DNA of 64,000 nucleotides, from the NCBI RefSeq assembly GCF_904419835.1, contig NZ_CAJFTA010000003.1. The stretch is one strand, 5' to 3'. Made by a program: the position numbers and the translations under genes. Within the stretch, counting starts at the first letter, position 1; each line of letters begins with the position of its first letter. The DNA is from an uncultured Pseudoflavonifractor sp. (GTDB taxonomy: Bacteria > Bacillota > Clostridia > Oscillospirales > Oscillospiraceae). Of this stretch, positions 11,341 through 22,328 are shown one piece after another. The notes beneath the pieces were generated by a model, which was not told the DNA's origin, searched no databases, and was given only the letters and a program-made list of their open reading frames with translations.

Positions 11341-12684
11341 TCAGGTGTTCCTCCTCAGCTTTGCGATGAAGAATCCGTCGGTCCCATGGCGCTGAGGCCA
11401 GAAGGTGAACATGCCGTTCTCCGCCCTTCCAAGCGGTTCCGGCAGTTGAAATTTCTCAAGTGTAAAGTCTTTATTCCTGTCAAGGAATCCGCGCACCACA
11501 TCGCCGTTTTCCCGCTCCAGAAGCGTGCAGGTGGCGTAGAGCAGCACACCGCCCGGCTTTACATATGTGGCCACGTTGTCCAGAATGGCGCTCTGTACCG
11601 CCGGCAGTCCCGCCAGCGGCTCCGGGTCCTTGTAGCGGATATCCGGCTTTTTGCGGATAATGCCCAGTCCGGAGCAGGGCACGTCGGCAATCACCACATC
11701 AAAGGCGTTCTCGAAGGCAGGGCGGTGCTTCTTTCCGTCCATCACAGCGGTCTTGACACAGGTGAAGCCCAACCGCTCCGCACCGGCCTGGATCAGCTTC
11801 TCCTTGTGGGCGTGGATGTCGCAGGACTGAATCTCTCCCGCTCCGCCCATGCGGATGGCGGCTGCAAAGGTCTTGCCCCCGGGGGCGGCGCAGGCGTCCA
11901 GCACCCTCATTCCCGGCCTGGGGTCCGCAGCCTCCACAGCCAGCCGGGCGGCCGGGTCCTGGATATAGAACAGCCCCTCCCGGAAGGCGGTGAGATGCTC
12001 CAGATTCCCCGTCCCGGACAGCACCAGGCAGTCGGGCAGCCAGGGGTGGGGATGGGCCTCCACGCCGGCCTCCGCCAGGCGCTCCAGCGTATGCTCCATG
12101 GTGGCCCGGCAGGTGTTGATCTGGGCGGTAATGGGCGGCTGGCCGTTGTCCGCCTCCAGCAGGGCCTCTGCCTCCTCGCTGCCCAGCAGATTGGTAAATT
12201 CCCGCACCAGCCACAGGGGGTGGCTGTACCGGATGGAGAGGTATTCCTCCCGGCTGCCGCTCTCAATCACCGGCAGGCGGTCGATGTTCCGGGACACGTT
12301 CCGGAGCACCCCGTTGACCATGCCCGCGGCCCGGGGGTTTTTGCAGTGCTTCTTGGTCAGCTCCACCGACTCGTTTACCGCCGCGTTGTGGGGGATTTTG
12401 GTCATAAAGGCCATCTGGTAGACTCCAAGGCGGAGGGCGTTGCGCACCTTGATCTCCATCTTCTCCGGCCGTGTGGTGGAGAATTTTCCGATATAGAAAT
12501 CCAGCAGCAACCGGTTCTGCAGCACTCCGAAGCACAGCCGTGTGGCCAGCGCCGCATCCCGGCTGTCCAGCCCGGCCTCCCGCAGTGTCTTTTTCAGGAA
12601 CCCGTCGGACCAGGCCCCCTGCCGCTCACAGGCGGACAGCGCCAGCAGCGCAGTCTCCCGGGCAGTTTGTTCGGTGCTTGGCAT
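11341..12684 (-). CDS. rsmB: 16S rRNA m5C967 methyltransferase
   Basis: NusB-like N-terminus, DACAAPGGKT, DVPCSGLG, YATCT, DGFFIA. Confidence 0.95.
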   Translation of the reverse strand: MPSTEQTARETALLALSACERQGAWSDGFLKKTLREAGLDSRDAALATRLCFGVLQNRLLLDFYIGKFSTTRPEKMEIKVRNALRLGVYQMAFMTKIPHNAAVNESVELTKKHCKNPRAAGMVNGVLRNVSRNIDRLPVIESGSREEYLSIRYSHPLWLVREFTNLLGSEEAEALLEADNGQPPITAQINTCRATMEHTLERLAEAGVEAHPHPWLPDCLVLSGTGNLEHLTAFREGLFYIQDPAARLAVEAADPRPGMRVLDACAAPGGKTFAAAIRMGGAGEIQSCDIHAHKEKLIQAGAERLGFTCVKTAVMDGKKHRPAFENAFDVVIADVPCSGLGIIRKKPDIRYKDPEPLAGLPAVQSAILDNVATYVKPGGVLLYATCTLLERENGDVVRGFLDRNKDFTLEKFQLPEPLGRAENGMFTFWPQRHGTDGFFIAKLRRNT

Positions 12685-12753
12685 GGGTATTTCCCTCTTT
12701 CTCTCTGTCTTGATGCAGCAGTCTGTCCATCATGCCGCTGCATGCTTCAAAAA

Positions 12754-13689
12754 TCAGTCCTGCGGCTGGGTGGAAATGGGGTGCCCCCGCAGATAGTCCG
12801 CCGCCTTCATCCGCTTTTTGCCCGGAGCCTGGAGCTCGGTGATGCGGAGCACTGTGCCTTCGCCGCAGGCCACATCGATGCCCTGCTTCCCGGCGGCCAG
12901 AACGGTACCGGGCCGGGCCTGTGTCCGTTCCCCCGTCTCCTCCGTGCGGTAAATCTTGATGGTCTCGCCAGTCAGCTTGTCCGTGGACGCCACCGGCCAT
13001 GGCAGCAGGCCACGGACCTGACAGTGGAGGGCGTGGGCGGTGCGGCTCCAGTCCATGGGCGAGAGCTCCTTACCCAGCATGGGCGCCAGGGTGGCCTCCG
13101 CCCCGTTCTGAGGCGTCCGCTGGGCGATGCCCGCCTCAATGGCGCTGACCGCCTGGACCAGCAGCCCGGCGCCCAGAATGGACAGACGGCGGTACAGCTC
13201 CTCCGCCGTCTCATCCGGCCCAATTTCGGTGGACTCCTGGGTGATAATATCCCCCGCGTCCAGCTCGGTGGCCATGTGCATGATGGTCACGCCGGACACC
13301 GTGTCCCCGTTGATGACCGCCCAGTTGATGGGCGCCGCGCCCCGGTACTTGGGCAGCAGAGATGAGTGGACATTGATGCATCCCTTGGGCGGGCAGTCCA
13401 GAATCTCGTCCGGCAGGATTCTGCCGTAGGCCGCCACCACAATCAGCTCGGGCGCCAGAGCCTGGATCTGAGCCAGGGCGGTGCCGTCCCGCATCTTCAC
13501 GGGCTGGAAAACCGGGATATTATATGTGATGGCGCATTCCTTTACAGGTGTTGGCTGGAGTCTGTTTTGATGCCGTCCCACCGGCTTGTCCGGCTGAGAG
13601 AACACCCCGCATACCTCGTGCCCGGCAGCCACCAGGGCCTCCAGGGAGGGGACGGCAAATTCCGGGGTGCCCATGAAGAGAATTCTCAC
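12754..13689 (-). CDS. fmt: methionyl-tRNA formyltransferase
   Basis: MGTPEFA, NVHSSLLPKYRGAAPI, LDAGD. Confidence 0.96.
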   Translation of the reverse strand: MRILFMGTPEFAVPSLEALVAAGHEVCGVFSQPDKPVGRHQNRLQPTPVKECAITYNIPVFQPVKMRDGTALAQIQALAPELIVVAAYGRILPDEILDCPPKGCINVHSSLLPKYRGAAPINWAVINGDTVSGVTIMHMATELDAGDIITQESTEIGPDETAEELYRRLSILGAGLLVQAVSAIEAGIAQRTPQNGAEATLAPMLGKELSPMDWSRTAHALHCQVRGLLPWPVASTDKLTGETIKIYRTEETGERTQARPGTVLAAGKQGIDVACGEGTVLRITELQAPGKKRMKAADYLRGHPISTQPQD

Positions 13690-14180
13690 GCCTGGTCCTC
13701 CTGCTCCATCAGCTTATCCAGTTCCTCAGAGGTATAGAGCTTGTCGGTCAGTTCCGTAAAGAGATGCCCGTCCAGGTGATCCAGCTCATGGCAGAAGCAC
13801 CGGGCGGTCAGGCCCTCGTCCTCCACCTCAAACCACTCGCCCTGCCGGTTCTGGGCCCTGACTCTGGCCTTCATGGGTCGCTTCACTTTGCCCCAGCGGC
13901 CGGGCACGGACAGGCAGCCCTCAAAGCCCACCTGCTCCCCCTCGGTGGCGATGATCTCCGGGTTGACCAGCTCGATGACCTGATCCGCTTCGTTGATGAC
14001 CACCACGACCCGGCGGAGAATGCCGATCTGGGGGGCTGCCAGGCCCACGCCGCCGGAGTCCCGCAGGGTCTCCACCATGTCGTCCAGCAAAATCGCCAGC
14101 TTCTCATCAAAATTGGTGACCGGATGGGCCTTTTTATTCAACACCGGGTCGCCTTTTGTAATAATAGTACGAAGTGCCAT
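13686..14180 (-). CDS. def: peptide deformylase
   Basis: GVGLAAPQIG, EGCLS, HELDHLDG. Confidence 0.96.
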   Translation of the reverse strand: MALRTIITKGDPVLNKKAHPVTNFDEKLAILLDDMVETLRDSGGVGLAAPQIGILRRVVVVINEADQVIELVNPEIIATEGEQVGFEGCLSVPGRWGKVKRPMKARVRAQNRQGEWFEVEDEGLTARCFCHELDHLDGHLFTELTDKLYTSEELDKLMEQEDQA

Positions 14181-14193
14181 ATGGTATTCCTCC

Positions 14194-16668
14194 TTAATCC
14201 ATGGGGTTTATATCCGCAAACACGGACACCCCTCTCATTTCCTTGTCGCTGTGGGCGGCGCAGAGCAGCGCCGCCACCAGTGAGCGCATGGTCTTTGAAT
14301 TATGCCCGGATATGGTCAGCCGGTAGCGGTAGCGGTTGTTCACCTTGGCCACCGTGGCAGGCGCCGGGCCCAGCAGCTGGACGTCCAGTCCCTGATAGGC
14401 CGGGTCGGCAAACCAGCTCTCCAGCGTGCGGCGCAGCCGTACGCACATCCGCAGCACCCGGCTCTCCTCTGTCCCGGAGGCGGTGAGTACAAAGAGGTCC
14501 CGGAAAGGCGGGCAGCCCCGCACCCGGCGCATGGTAATCTCCTGCTGATAAAAGGTGTCATAGTTCTGGGCCGCGGCGGCGGCGATGACCTCGTTCTCCG
14601 GTGTAAAGGTCTGAATGATAGCCCGGCCGGTCTTTTCCCCCCGGCCGGCCCGGCCCACCACCTGGGTCAGAAGCGAGAAGGTCCGCTCCCCCGCCCGGTA
14701 GTCGTCCACATACAGGGAGAGGTCCGCCGAGATGACTCCCACCAGGGTGACGTTTTCGAAGTCCAGTCCCTTGGCCACCATCTGGGTGCCCACCAAGATT
14801 GGAACCTTCTCCCCCTCAAAGCGGGAGAGCAGCTTTTCATGGGACTGCACGGCAGACACGGTGTCCGTGTCCATCCGCATCACCTCGGTGCCGGGGAACA
14901 GGGCCTCCAGCTCCTCCTGTACTTTCTGTGTGCCTGTGCCGATGAAGTGGAATGCCCCGCCGCAGTGGGGGCAGGCATCCGGCAGGCGCTCCGAGTGTCC
15001 GCAGTAGTGGCACATCAGCCGCCCGTTGGCCGAGTGGTAGGTCAGATAGGCCGAGCACCGGGGACAGGACGGCACCTCGCCGCACTCGCCGCAGGCGGCC
15101 ATCCGGCTGTTGCCGCGGCGGTTGAGAAAGAGGATGCTCTGCTCTCCCCGCTCCAGATTGGCCTCCAGTTCCTCCCGCAGCGGCTGGCTGATGTCGGAAC
15201 CGTTTCCGACCCGCAGCTCTTGCTTCATGTCCACAATCCGCACCTGAGGCAGAGCCCGGGTGTTGTACCGGCTGCGGAGGGTGAAGAGGCGGTAGACCCC
15301 AGTTTGGGCCAGATACATACTCTCCACAGAGGGGGTGGCAGAGCCCAGCAGGAGCACCGCGCCGCTGCGGGCACAGCGGAACTTGGCCACATCCCGGGCA
15401 TGGTACCGGGGGACGTTCTCCGATTTATAGGTGTACTCCTGCTCCTCATCCAGCACGATGAGGCCCAGGTTGGTCAGCGGCGCAAACACTGCCGACCGGG
15501 TCCCGATGACCACCCTGGCCTTTCCAGAGCGCGCCCGCTTCCACTCGTCATACCGCTCTCCGGCCCGCAGGGAGCTGTGAAGCACGGCGATGGCGTCTCC
15601 GAAGTGGGAGGCAAAGATATGCAGCAGCTGAGGCGTCAGCGCAATCTCCGGTACCAGCACCATGGCGCTTCTCCCCCGCTTCAGCGTCTCCTGGATGAGG
15701 CGGATGTAGACCTGGGTTTTGCCACTGCCGGTCACGCCGTAGAGCAGGGCTGCGGCGGACTTTCCCGCCGCGCACAGCCGGTCAATCCCCTCAAAGGCCG
15801 CCGTCTGCTCCTCGTTGAGCACCACCGGCGGAGCGGGTTCGACCTGTTCCGGGGCAGCGCGGCGGAACACCTCCCGCTTTTCCATCACCGCGATTCCGCT
15901 CTTCACAAGAGACCGCAGCGTGGCTGTGGACGCGCCGGTAAAATAGCAGATCTCCTTGGAGGATGCCTGCCCCACTGCCGACAGCAGCTCCACAACCGCG
16001 TAGCGCAGGGGCGCGGTCTTGCGCTTGGGCGCTACCAGGGCCAGCGCCTCCTCCGGCGGGACGGCCAGGGACACCATCTGCTCGGTCTTGTCCCCCACGC
16101 CCCGGGACGCGCTGGTCTCCAGGGTCAGGACGCCCCGCTCCGTCAGCAGCTTAATGGCCGGGATTGGGTCCTTGGTACCGAACGCCGCGCGGATCTGTCC
16201 CATCTCGGCGGTACCGCCGCAGGCGTAAGCCAGGTCCAGAATCCGCCGCGCATGCTCTGAGCGGCCGGCCGCTTCATAGGCCATTTCTTTGTCCACACCC
16301 CTGGCGATGTGGTACTGGTCCTGAAGGGAAAAATACAGTCCCGCCGGCAGCATGGCCCGGGCCGCCTCATATACGGTACAGAAATACCGCTCCCGCATCC
16401 AAAGCGCCAACTGGATGCTCTCGCTGTCCAGCACAGGGGCGCCGTCCAGCAGGGCGATGATCGCCTTCAGCCGCGGGGTCCGCTTCCCCAGCCCCAGCGC
16501 CAGAACAATGCCCTCGATCCGGCGGTTCCCCGCCCCGAAGGGTACAAGGACCCGCATACCCGGGGCGGCGCTCTCCCGCAGTTCGTCGGGGAGCAGATAG
16601 TCGTAGGGCTTATCAATCGCAAAGGTGGCCGCGCTGAGGGCTACTTTTGCCAGAATGACCTGTTCCAC
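14194..16668 (-). CDS. priA: primosomal protein N' (GTG start inferred from RBS)
   Basis: GVTGSGKT, DEEQE, SAT, four CxxC pairs, GTQMVAKGLDF, QVVGRAGR. Confidence 0.95.
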   Translation of the reverse strand: MEQVILAKVALSAATFAIDKPYDYLLPDELRESAAPGMRVLVPFGAGNRRIEGIVLALGLGKRTPRLKAIIALLDGAPVLDSESIQLALWMRERYFCTVYEAARAMLPAGLYFSLQDQYHIARGVDKEMAYEAAGRSEHARRILDLAYACGGTAEMGQIRAAFGTKDPIPAIKLLTERGVLTLETSASRGVGDKTEQMVSLAVPPEEALALVAPKRKTAPLRYAVVELLSAVGQASSKEICYFTGASTATLRSLVKSGIAVMEKREVFRRAAPEQVEPAPPVVLNEEQTAAFEGIDRLCAAGKSAAALLYGVTGSGKTQVYIRLIQETLKRGRSAMVLVPEIALTPQLLHIFASHFGDAIAVLHSSLRAGERYDEWKRARSGKARVVIGTRSAVFAPLTNLGLIVLDEEQEYTYKSENVPRYHARDVAKFRCARSGAVLLLGSATPSVESMYLAQTGVYRLFTLRSRYNTRALPQVRIVDMKQELRVGNGSDISQPLREELEANLERGEQSILFLNRRGNSRMAACGECGEVPSCPRCSAYLTYHSANGRLMCHYCGHSERLPDACPHCGGAFHFIGTGTQKVQEELEALFPGTEVMRMDTDTVSAVQSHEKLLSRFEGEKVPILVGTQMVAKGLDFENVTLVGVISADLSLYVDDYRAGERTFSLLTQVVGRAGRGEKTGRAIIQTFTPENEVIAAAAAQNYDTFYQQEITMRRVRGCPPFRDLFVLTASGTEESRVLRMCVRLRRTLESWFADPAYQGLDVQLLGPAPATVAKVNNRYRYRLTISGHNSKTMRSLVAALLCAAHSDKEMRGVSVFADINPMD

Positions 16669-16773
16669 GCCGCCGCTCCCTCCGGTGATGAGACTTGTCC
16701 AACTATCCCGCAAAAGGCAAGTGACAGGCGCTGCCGCCCTCTCACTTGCCTTCCGCAGAAACCCGTGTTCCGT

Positions 16774-16977
16774 TTACTCCTCATCCTCAGCCTGGGGAAC
16801 GCACTTCCCCTCGGCCACTTCCCGCAGGGCCAGGGAAACCGGCTTATCCTCCAGGGAAATGCCCTCCTCCTCTGCCTCGCTGGCAATCTGGCGGGCACGC
16901 TGGGCCACCACGTTCACCAGCATATAGCGGCTGGGGATCTGGTCAAGCAGTTCGTTCATTGCAGGTTTCAGCATCAT
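16774..16977 (-). CDS. rpoZ: RNA polymerase omega subunit
   Basis: SRYMLVNVVAQRARQI, KPVSLALRE; follows gmk. Confidence 0.92.
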   Translation of the reverse strand: MMLKPAMNELLDQIPSRYMLVNVVAQRARQIASEAEEEGISLEDKPVSLALREVAEGKCVPQAEDEE

Positions 16978-17051
16978 AAAGCATCGTTCCTTTCTCTGGG
17001 GCGCGACCGTCATTTATGGCGGTGCGCATTATGGCAGACAGCCGGAGGCTG

Positions 17052-17663
17052 TTAAACTCCCTCTACCAGGGCCAGGCGGTTCCGGGTACGGCAGTCCTCC
17101 GCCGTCAGGATGGAGATAATCTCCGCCGCCGCAGTGGACACCTTGTCGTTGACCACCAGATAGTCGTAGTTGGGGATCTGCTGGTACTCCTCCCGCGCCT
17201 TCTGGAGCCGGCCGGCAATCACGTCCTCATTGTCGGTGGCGCGGCCATGGAGGCGGCGGGAAAGCTCCTCAAAGGAGGGCGGGATGATGAAAATCAGCAC
17301 CGCCTCGGGGCACTTGCTCCGCACCTTGGCGGCACCCTGGACATCGATATCCAGCAACACATCAACGCCGGCTGCCAGCTTGTCCTGGATGACCTTCAGA
17401 GAGGTGCCATAGTAGTTGCCCACGTACTGGGCGTATTCCAGCAGCTCGTCGGCGGCAATCATCCGCTCAAACTCCTCGCGGCTGACAAAGTTGTAGTTCA
17501 CTCCATCCGCCTCGCCCACGCGGGGGCTGCGGGTTGTGAAAGAGACGGAGAAATAGATATCCTTCCGCTCTCCCAGCAGCTCCGCAATCACAGTGCTCTT
17601 TCCAACCCCGGAGGGGCCGGAGAGCACAATCAGCTGGCCGCGGGTCTTTTTCTTTCGTATCAT
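17052..17663 (-). CDS. gmk: guanylate kinase
   Basis: [28 protein letters not shown]. Confidence 0.96.
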   Translation of the reverse strand: MIRKKKTRGQLIVLSGPSGVGKSTVIAELLGERKDIYFSVSFTTRSPRVGEADGVNYNFVSREEFERMIAADELLEYAQYVGNYYGTSLKVIQDKLAAGVDVLLDIDVQGAAKVRSKCPEAVLIFIIPPSFEELSRRLHGRATDNEDVIAGRLQKAREEYQQIPNYDYLVVNDKVSTAAAEIISILTAEDCRTRNRLALVEGV

Positions 17664-17935
17664 TTCTCGTCATCCTCCTCGGTTGCCGGCTCCGGCGCGT
17701 CCTTGCCGCTCAGGCGGCCCGCCACGGTCTCCGGCTGAATGGCCGAGAGGACGATATGGTCACTGTCCATGATCAAAACGGCCCGGGTCCTGCGTCCGTA
17801 GGTGGCGTCAATCAGCATGCCCCTGTCCCTTGCCTCCTGAATCATACGCTTGATAGGCGCAGACTCCGGGCTCACAATGGCGATGAGGCGGCCGGCGGAG
17901 ACCATATTGCCAAATCCGATGTTGATAAGCTTCAC
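17660..17935 (-). CDS. remA: RemA/DUF370 family regulator
   Basis: [37 protein letters not shown]. Confidence 0.93.
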   Translation of the reverse strand: MKLINIGFGNMVSAGRLIAIVSPESAPIKRMIQEARDRGMLIDATYGRRTRAVLIMDSDHIVLSAIQPETVAGRLSGKDAPEPATEEDDEK

Positions 17936-17949
17936 TGCCCTCCGCCTCC

Positions 17950-18828
17950 TTACTCGATGTTCTGGACCTGCTCCCGGATCTTCTCGATCTCCGCCTTGAT
18001 GTCCACCACATAACGGGCGGTCTCAATGTCGTTGCACTTGGAGCCGATGGTGTTGGCCTCCCGGTTGAACTCCTGAATCAGGAAGTCCAGCTTGCGGCCA
18101 ATGGCGCCGCCCTGGTCCAGCATGTGGGAGAGCTGGTCCAGATGGCTGCGCAGGCGCACCGTCTCCTCATCCACCGCCACCTTGTCTGCAAAGATAGCCG
18201 CCTCGGTGAGGATGCGGCTATCGTCGATCTGGGTGTTCTGGAGCACCTCTGTCATTTTGGCCGCCAGGCGGGCCCGGTAGCCCGCCACGATGCCGGGCGC
18301 CCGCTCCTCCACCAGAGAGGTCAGGTTGCCGATGGTGACGGCCCGGCTGCGAATATCCTCCTTCAGCTTGCCGCCCTCCCGGGTGCGCATGGCGTCAAAA
18401 TCGGCCAGCGCCATATCCAGCACAGTGCAGATATCGGCAGCCACCGCCTCCAGATCCTCCGGGTTCTTCTCCACCAGGAACACATCCTGGAACCGGGAGA
18501 GCAGAGAGACCGAGATATCGTCCCGCAGGCCGTAAGTATCCCGCATCTGGCACAGCGCGGCGTAGTAGCCGTCCGCCACGCCCTTGTTCAGGGAGATGGA
18601 CACATCGCCGCTCTCAGACTGACCAATGGTCACAAAGACGTCCACCTTGCCCCGGGAGATGCTCTTCTGCACCCGGGTCTTGATGGCATCCTCAGCAAAG
18701 ACATAGATGCGTGGCAGCTTGATGGTGCAGTCGAGATAGCGGTTGTTGACGGAACGGATCTCCACCGTGATGGTGCGTCCGTGGAGCGCCGCCTCACCTT
18801 TTCCATAGCCGGTCATGCTCTTCACCAA
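17950..18828 (-). CDS. yloC: YicC/YloC family endoribonuclease
   Basis: [45 protein letters not shown]. Confidence 0.94.
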   Translation of the reverse strand: MVKSMTGYGKGEAALHGRTITVEIRSVNNRYLDCTIKLPRIYVFAEDAIKTRVQKSISRGKVDVFVTIGQSESGDVSISLNKGVADGYYAALCQMRDTYGLRDDISVSLLSRFQDVFLVEKNPEDLEAVAADICTVLDMALADFDAMRTREGGKLKEDIRSRAVTIGNLTSLVEERAPGIVAGYRARLAAKMTEVLQNTQIDDSRILTEAAIFADKVAVDEETVRLRSHLDQLSHMLDQGGAIGRKLDFLIQEFNREANTIGSKCNDIETARYVVDIKAEIEKIREQVQNIE

Positions 18829-18865
18829 AGGGTTCGCTTCCCTTCTTTCAATTGTTTAGCAATCT

Positions 18866-18894
18866 ATTATATCAGATTTTTCCCGCTTTGAAAA
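18866..18894 (-). promoter_or_regulatory. sigmaA promoter for yloC operon
   Basis: TTTTCA-17-TATAAT with extended TG. Confidence 0.6.
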
Positions 18895-18898
18895 CCCT

Positions 18899-19429
18899 CT
18901 ATCTCCGCCGTATCGCTTTGTCAATCCGTGCGGCATAGAACATCACAAGTTTGGAGAAGCCGTAGTCATAGATCAGGAACACAATGTTCCCGCCCAGATA
19001 GAGCACCCACAGCTGCTCAAACACAGCCGGAAGCCCCGCCAGCAGCACATCCCGCAGCACAAACCAGCAGAAGGTCAGCACCGCGTTAAAAAACGCCAGC
19101 TTGCACAGCCACTCCAGCGGTGCCTTATGCAGCTGTTCAATCAGACTCTTCACCATGGGGTAAAGGCCGAAAAAGACCAAATAGAGCAGTATGTTCCCCT
19201 TGTCGGGTGAGAGAATCAGGCCCAGAATACCAGCCACAGCCCAGCACAAAAACCCGGAGTGAAGCCCGCCCGATATCACGGCCGCGGCGTTGACCAGTCC
19301 GGCCACTGCCGCAATACCCATACGCCCCGACGGGGAGAAAGACGCCAGCAGCAGAAGCGCCAGCGAGAGCGCCGCCAAAACCCCTACCAGCGCCACCTGC
19401 CCGGCGCCTCCTGAATTTCGCCGTCTCAT
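18899..19429 (-). CDS. hypothetical multi-pass membrane protein
   Basis: 176 aa, 5-6 hydrophobic segments, coupled to upstream gene. Confidence 0.75.
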   Translation of the reverse strand: MRRRNSGGAGQVALVGVLAALSLALLLLASFSPSGRMGIAAVAGLVNAAAVISGGLHSGFLCWAVAGILGLILSPDKGNILLYLVFFGLYPMVKSLIEQLHKAPLEWLCKLAFFNAVLTFCWFVLRDVLLAGLPAVFEQLWVLYLGGNIVFLIYDYGFSKLVMFYAARIDKAIRRR

Positions 19430-19430
19430 C

Positions 19431-20054
19431 TCAGTTACAGCCTCCGCACAGGCACTGTGCGCACATCAGCGTAGTGCAGCAGTCGCAGGCCTCCATACCC
19501 GTAGCTGTATTGCCATAGGGGCGGTAAGCCTGTCCTCCCTGCTGCATCATGTTCAGAGCCTGACGGTACTCCATGTTGCCCGGGTCTGCGTTGCAGGCAA
19601 TCTGATACTGCTGCCGGGCCTCATCCAGCCATCCGCGGCGGTAGGCGATGCAGCCGGAGAGGAAGTGCCACTCCGCGTCCTGAGTGGGAGCTTCCCGCAG
19701 CAGGCGCTCAGCGGCGTCAATATTGCCCGCGTTAATGGCCTGGCGGACGCGGCTGTACAGCGCGCCGGACGAGGAGGACTGGCGCTGCTGATAGCCGTAG
19801 CCATAGCCGCCGCTCTGCTGGTAGGCGCTTCCACCGTAACTCCCGCCGCCGCTGTGGCTGCCGCCGCTGCGCATCTTGTTGATGGCGTCGTAGGCCTCGT
19901 TGACTTCCTTCATCTTCTCCTCGGCTAGGTCGGCCAGAGGGTTGTTCTGGTAATTGTCCGGATGGTACTTCCGGGCCAGTTCGCGATATGCTTTCTTAAT
20001 TTCTTCATCGCTGGCGTTAGGGGATACCCCGAGAACGCTGTATGGATCGCTCAT
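19431..20054 (-). CDS. J-domain protein with TPR-like region and Cys-rich tail
   Basis: DPYSVLGV...[11 protein letters not shown]; Gly/Tyr linker; [19 protein letters not shown]-terminus. Confidence 0.88.
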   Translation of the reverse strand: MSDPYSVLGVSPNASDEEIKKAYRELARKYHPDNYQNNPLADLAEEKMKEVNEAYDAINKMRSGGSHSGGGSYGGSAYQQSGGYGYGYQQRQSSSSGALYSRVRQAINAGNIDAAERLLREAPTQDAEWHFLSGCIAYRRGWLDEARQQYQIACNADPGNMEYRQALNMMQQGGQAYRPYGNTATGMEACDCCTTLMCAQCLCGGCN

Positions 20055-20087
20055 GTGTCATTTTCTCCTGTCATAAGTCATTGGCAT

Positions 20088-20987
20088 TTATTTCTGTCGG
20101 GCTCTGCCCGCTCCAGCGCCCAATATGGCCTGCCGCTTCATCTGCCTCCAGCAGCCGCGGAACACCAGCTCCTCCACCATAGGCATGCCTACACATAAAA
20201 TGTTGCCCAATACCGGCTCCCAGCAGCCCCGTTTCAAAAGAGCAAAGGCCGAGAGGGCCAGATTGCGGGAGTGGAGCAGCGTGGTGCGCAGATAGTCCTG
20301 CTCTTCCCCCTCCCGGCCGCCAAAGCGGGCATGAATGGGGTTGTACCTTCCCGCAGCCACGTCCTCCTGGAGGTCATCCCACGCATCCACCAGATAGATC
20401 CACCGTCCTACATGGTAAAGCAGCTGCTCCAGCGCACGGCTTTCCGTCTCATCCCCTGTCTTGGGGGCTGCGGCCTGAAGAATCCGTGCAAAGGTATCCG
20501 CCGTCCGGTCCAGCGAGGGCGTGCGCTCCTCCTCCAGCCGGTGCAGCGTCTCCAGCTGAAGGCGGACCTCCCGATCAAATTCCGGCCTTGCCGCAGCAGC
20601 CCGGCGGTAACCCCGCCTGAGGAGCAGAGAGAGTATCCTGGCGCCCAGCCGCTCCCAGAAGCCGCCGTCCTCAATGCTGTCCTGCAGCTTCCAATAGCTG
20701 AGGATGACGCTCTCGTCTGCCGCCGTCTCCAGCCAGGGGCTGGAAACGCAGGCACACTTCTTTCGCAGGAAGAGCTTGGCGGGACAGCGGCACATGCAGG
20801 TGGACGGCCGGGACTCAGGCTGTGCGAGCAGCATGGCCAGAAAGGTAAAATCATAGTTGAGTAGCATCCGGGCGGCAAAGCCGCAGCGCTTGCCTATAAC
20901 ATGGCACAGACCGCAGTAGACAGCCTGATAGTCCTCCAGCTCCCGAACCTTCAGCTCTTCCCGGCAGGGGCGAATATATCCAAACAT
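20088..20987 (-). CDS. DUF5685 family protein
   Basis: MFGYIRP, YCGLCH, LNYDFTFL, YLVDAWDDLQED..GRYNP. Confidence 0.8.
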   Translation of the reverse strand: MFGYIRPCREELKVRELEDYQAVYCGLCHVIGKRCGFAARMLLNYDFTFLAMLLAQPESRPSTCMCRCPAKLFLRKKCACVSSPWLETAADESVILSYWKLQDSIEDGGFWERLGARILSLLLRRGYRRAAAARPEFDREVRLQLETLHRLEEERTPSLDRTADTFARILQAAAPKTGDETESRALEQLLYHVGRWIYLVDAWDDLQEDVAAGRYNPIHARFGGREGEEQDYLRTTLLHSRNLALSAFALLKRGCWEPVLGNILCVGMPMVEELVFRGCWRQMKRQAILGAGAGRARQK

Positions 20988-21062
20988 GTCAGCTCTGCCT
21001 GCCGTTCAGGTCCCTGCGCTGTCTTAATCCGGCGGCCTCCGCCATAATACTGCCTCCTGCCA

Positions 21063-22328
21063 TTATTCTGCCAAGGTGAAGTTGACCAGAACGTCATATT
21101 CGCCGCCCAGCACGCCTACCTCGCTGCTGCCGTCTATGATAACCTGTGCCTGGACGGTCTGCCGCCCTGTGGCCAGCTGGGCCTGGGAGAGGTCCACCAC
21201 AATCCGCAGCTGGGACTGGAAGAGGGCATTCACCGCTTCCTCGGGGCCGCGGACGGTCACCAGACGGGACTCGGTCACCAGCTCGGCGTTATAGCCCTCC
21301 GGCTTGTTGATCATCTGGATGTTGTCCACGGTAAACTCCCGGGTTGTCAGCCTGGTGTCATCAATGGTAACCGTCACATCCACCGAACTGATGCCGCTCT
21401 CGTTGGTAAAGTCCTCATTGAGCACCACCGGGAAGGTAAAGGTCTCCTGGGTATATACCCTGGAGAGGTCAATCTCACCCAGGACAATTTTATCATATGC
21501 CTCCAGCTCATCCTCCGGGCCGGAGATGGTGAGATACATAACCGTCTCCTGGTTGACGCCGTAGGTGACGTCCACATCTTCCTCTGTGGCGCCGCCGCCG
21601 GGGATAATGTCAACGGTCACCGGGACCTGCTTGGTCTTGACAATGGGGTACTCCACGTGAACGGTATCCACATTGGATGTCACATCCAGATCCGTCAGTT
21701 CTGTACCGTCCGCGCCCACATATACAAAGGACAGGTCCCCCTCGTAGCGCTCGCTCATGTTCTCGATGGTGAGCACCACCTTTGCGTAGGCCACCTGGTT
21801 CACCAGTTCCTGCTGGCCGCTGATGCTGATAGTGCCCGGCGTAATGGTGGGTTTTCCCGCCATATAATCCTCGGCGTAGCTGCCGTTGAACTCCAGACGG
21901 ACGGGAATCTCCTTGCTCTCCAGCTCAGAGACGGTGAACTCCACATAGAGCTCAGACACATCGTTGTTTACCGTTACATCCAGCTGGTTGACGTTGATCG
22001 GATAGCTGGGCCTTACCAGCATACGGTAGGTGCCCGCCTCTGAGATCTGGGACACATCCACGCTCAGGGTAATATTCTCCCGGCTCAGTTTGGCGAACAC
22101 ATCTGACTTTGCCTCCAGGTTCAGCGTCATGGTCTGATCCGCGCCCTCTGAGATGATCAGGTTGCGGGCCGCCAGAATTTCCGTCCCGGTAAAGGTGATG
22201 GGAATATTGGTGATGGAGTGATCCACTGTGGGGTTGGCCTCCTTCACAATATAGATCCAAAGGACAAAGGCCATCAGAAGTGAGATCACGACGTAGAGCC
22301 ACTTACTGTCCCTTACTTTTTTCCACAT
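21063..22328 (-). CDS. cdaR: CdaR (YbbR-repeat) regulator of diadenylate cyclase
   Basis: N-terminal TM then beta-rich repeats; overlaps cdaA 3' end; start MWKK. Confidence 0.85.
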   Translation of the reverse strand: MWKKVRDSKWLYVVISLLMAFVLWIYIVKEANPTVDHSITNIPITFTGTEILAARNLIISEGADQTMTLNLEAKSDVFAKLSRENITLSVDVSQISEAGTYRMLVRPSYPINVNQLDVTVNNDVSELYVEFTVSELESKEIPVRLEFNGSYAEDYMAGKPTITPGTISISGQQELVNQVAYAKVVLTIENMSERYEGDLSFVYVGADGTELTDLDVTSNVDTVHVEYPIVKTKQVPVTVDIIPGGGATEEDVDVTYGVNQETVMYLTISGPEDELEAYDKIVLGEIDLSRVYTQETFTFPVVLNEDFTNESGISSVDVTVTIDDTRLTTREFTVDNIQMINKPEGYNAELVTESRLVTVRGPEEAVNALFQSQLRIVVDLSQAQLATGRQTVQAQVIIDGSSEVGVLGGEYDVLVNFTLAE

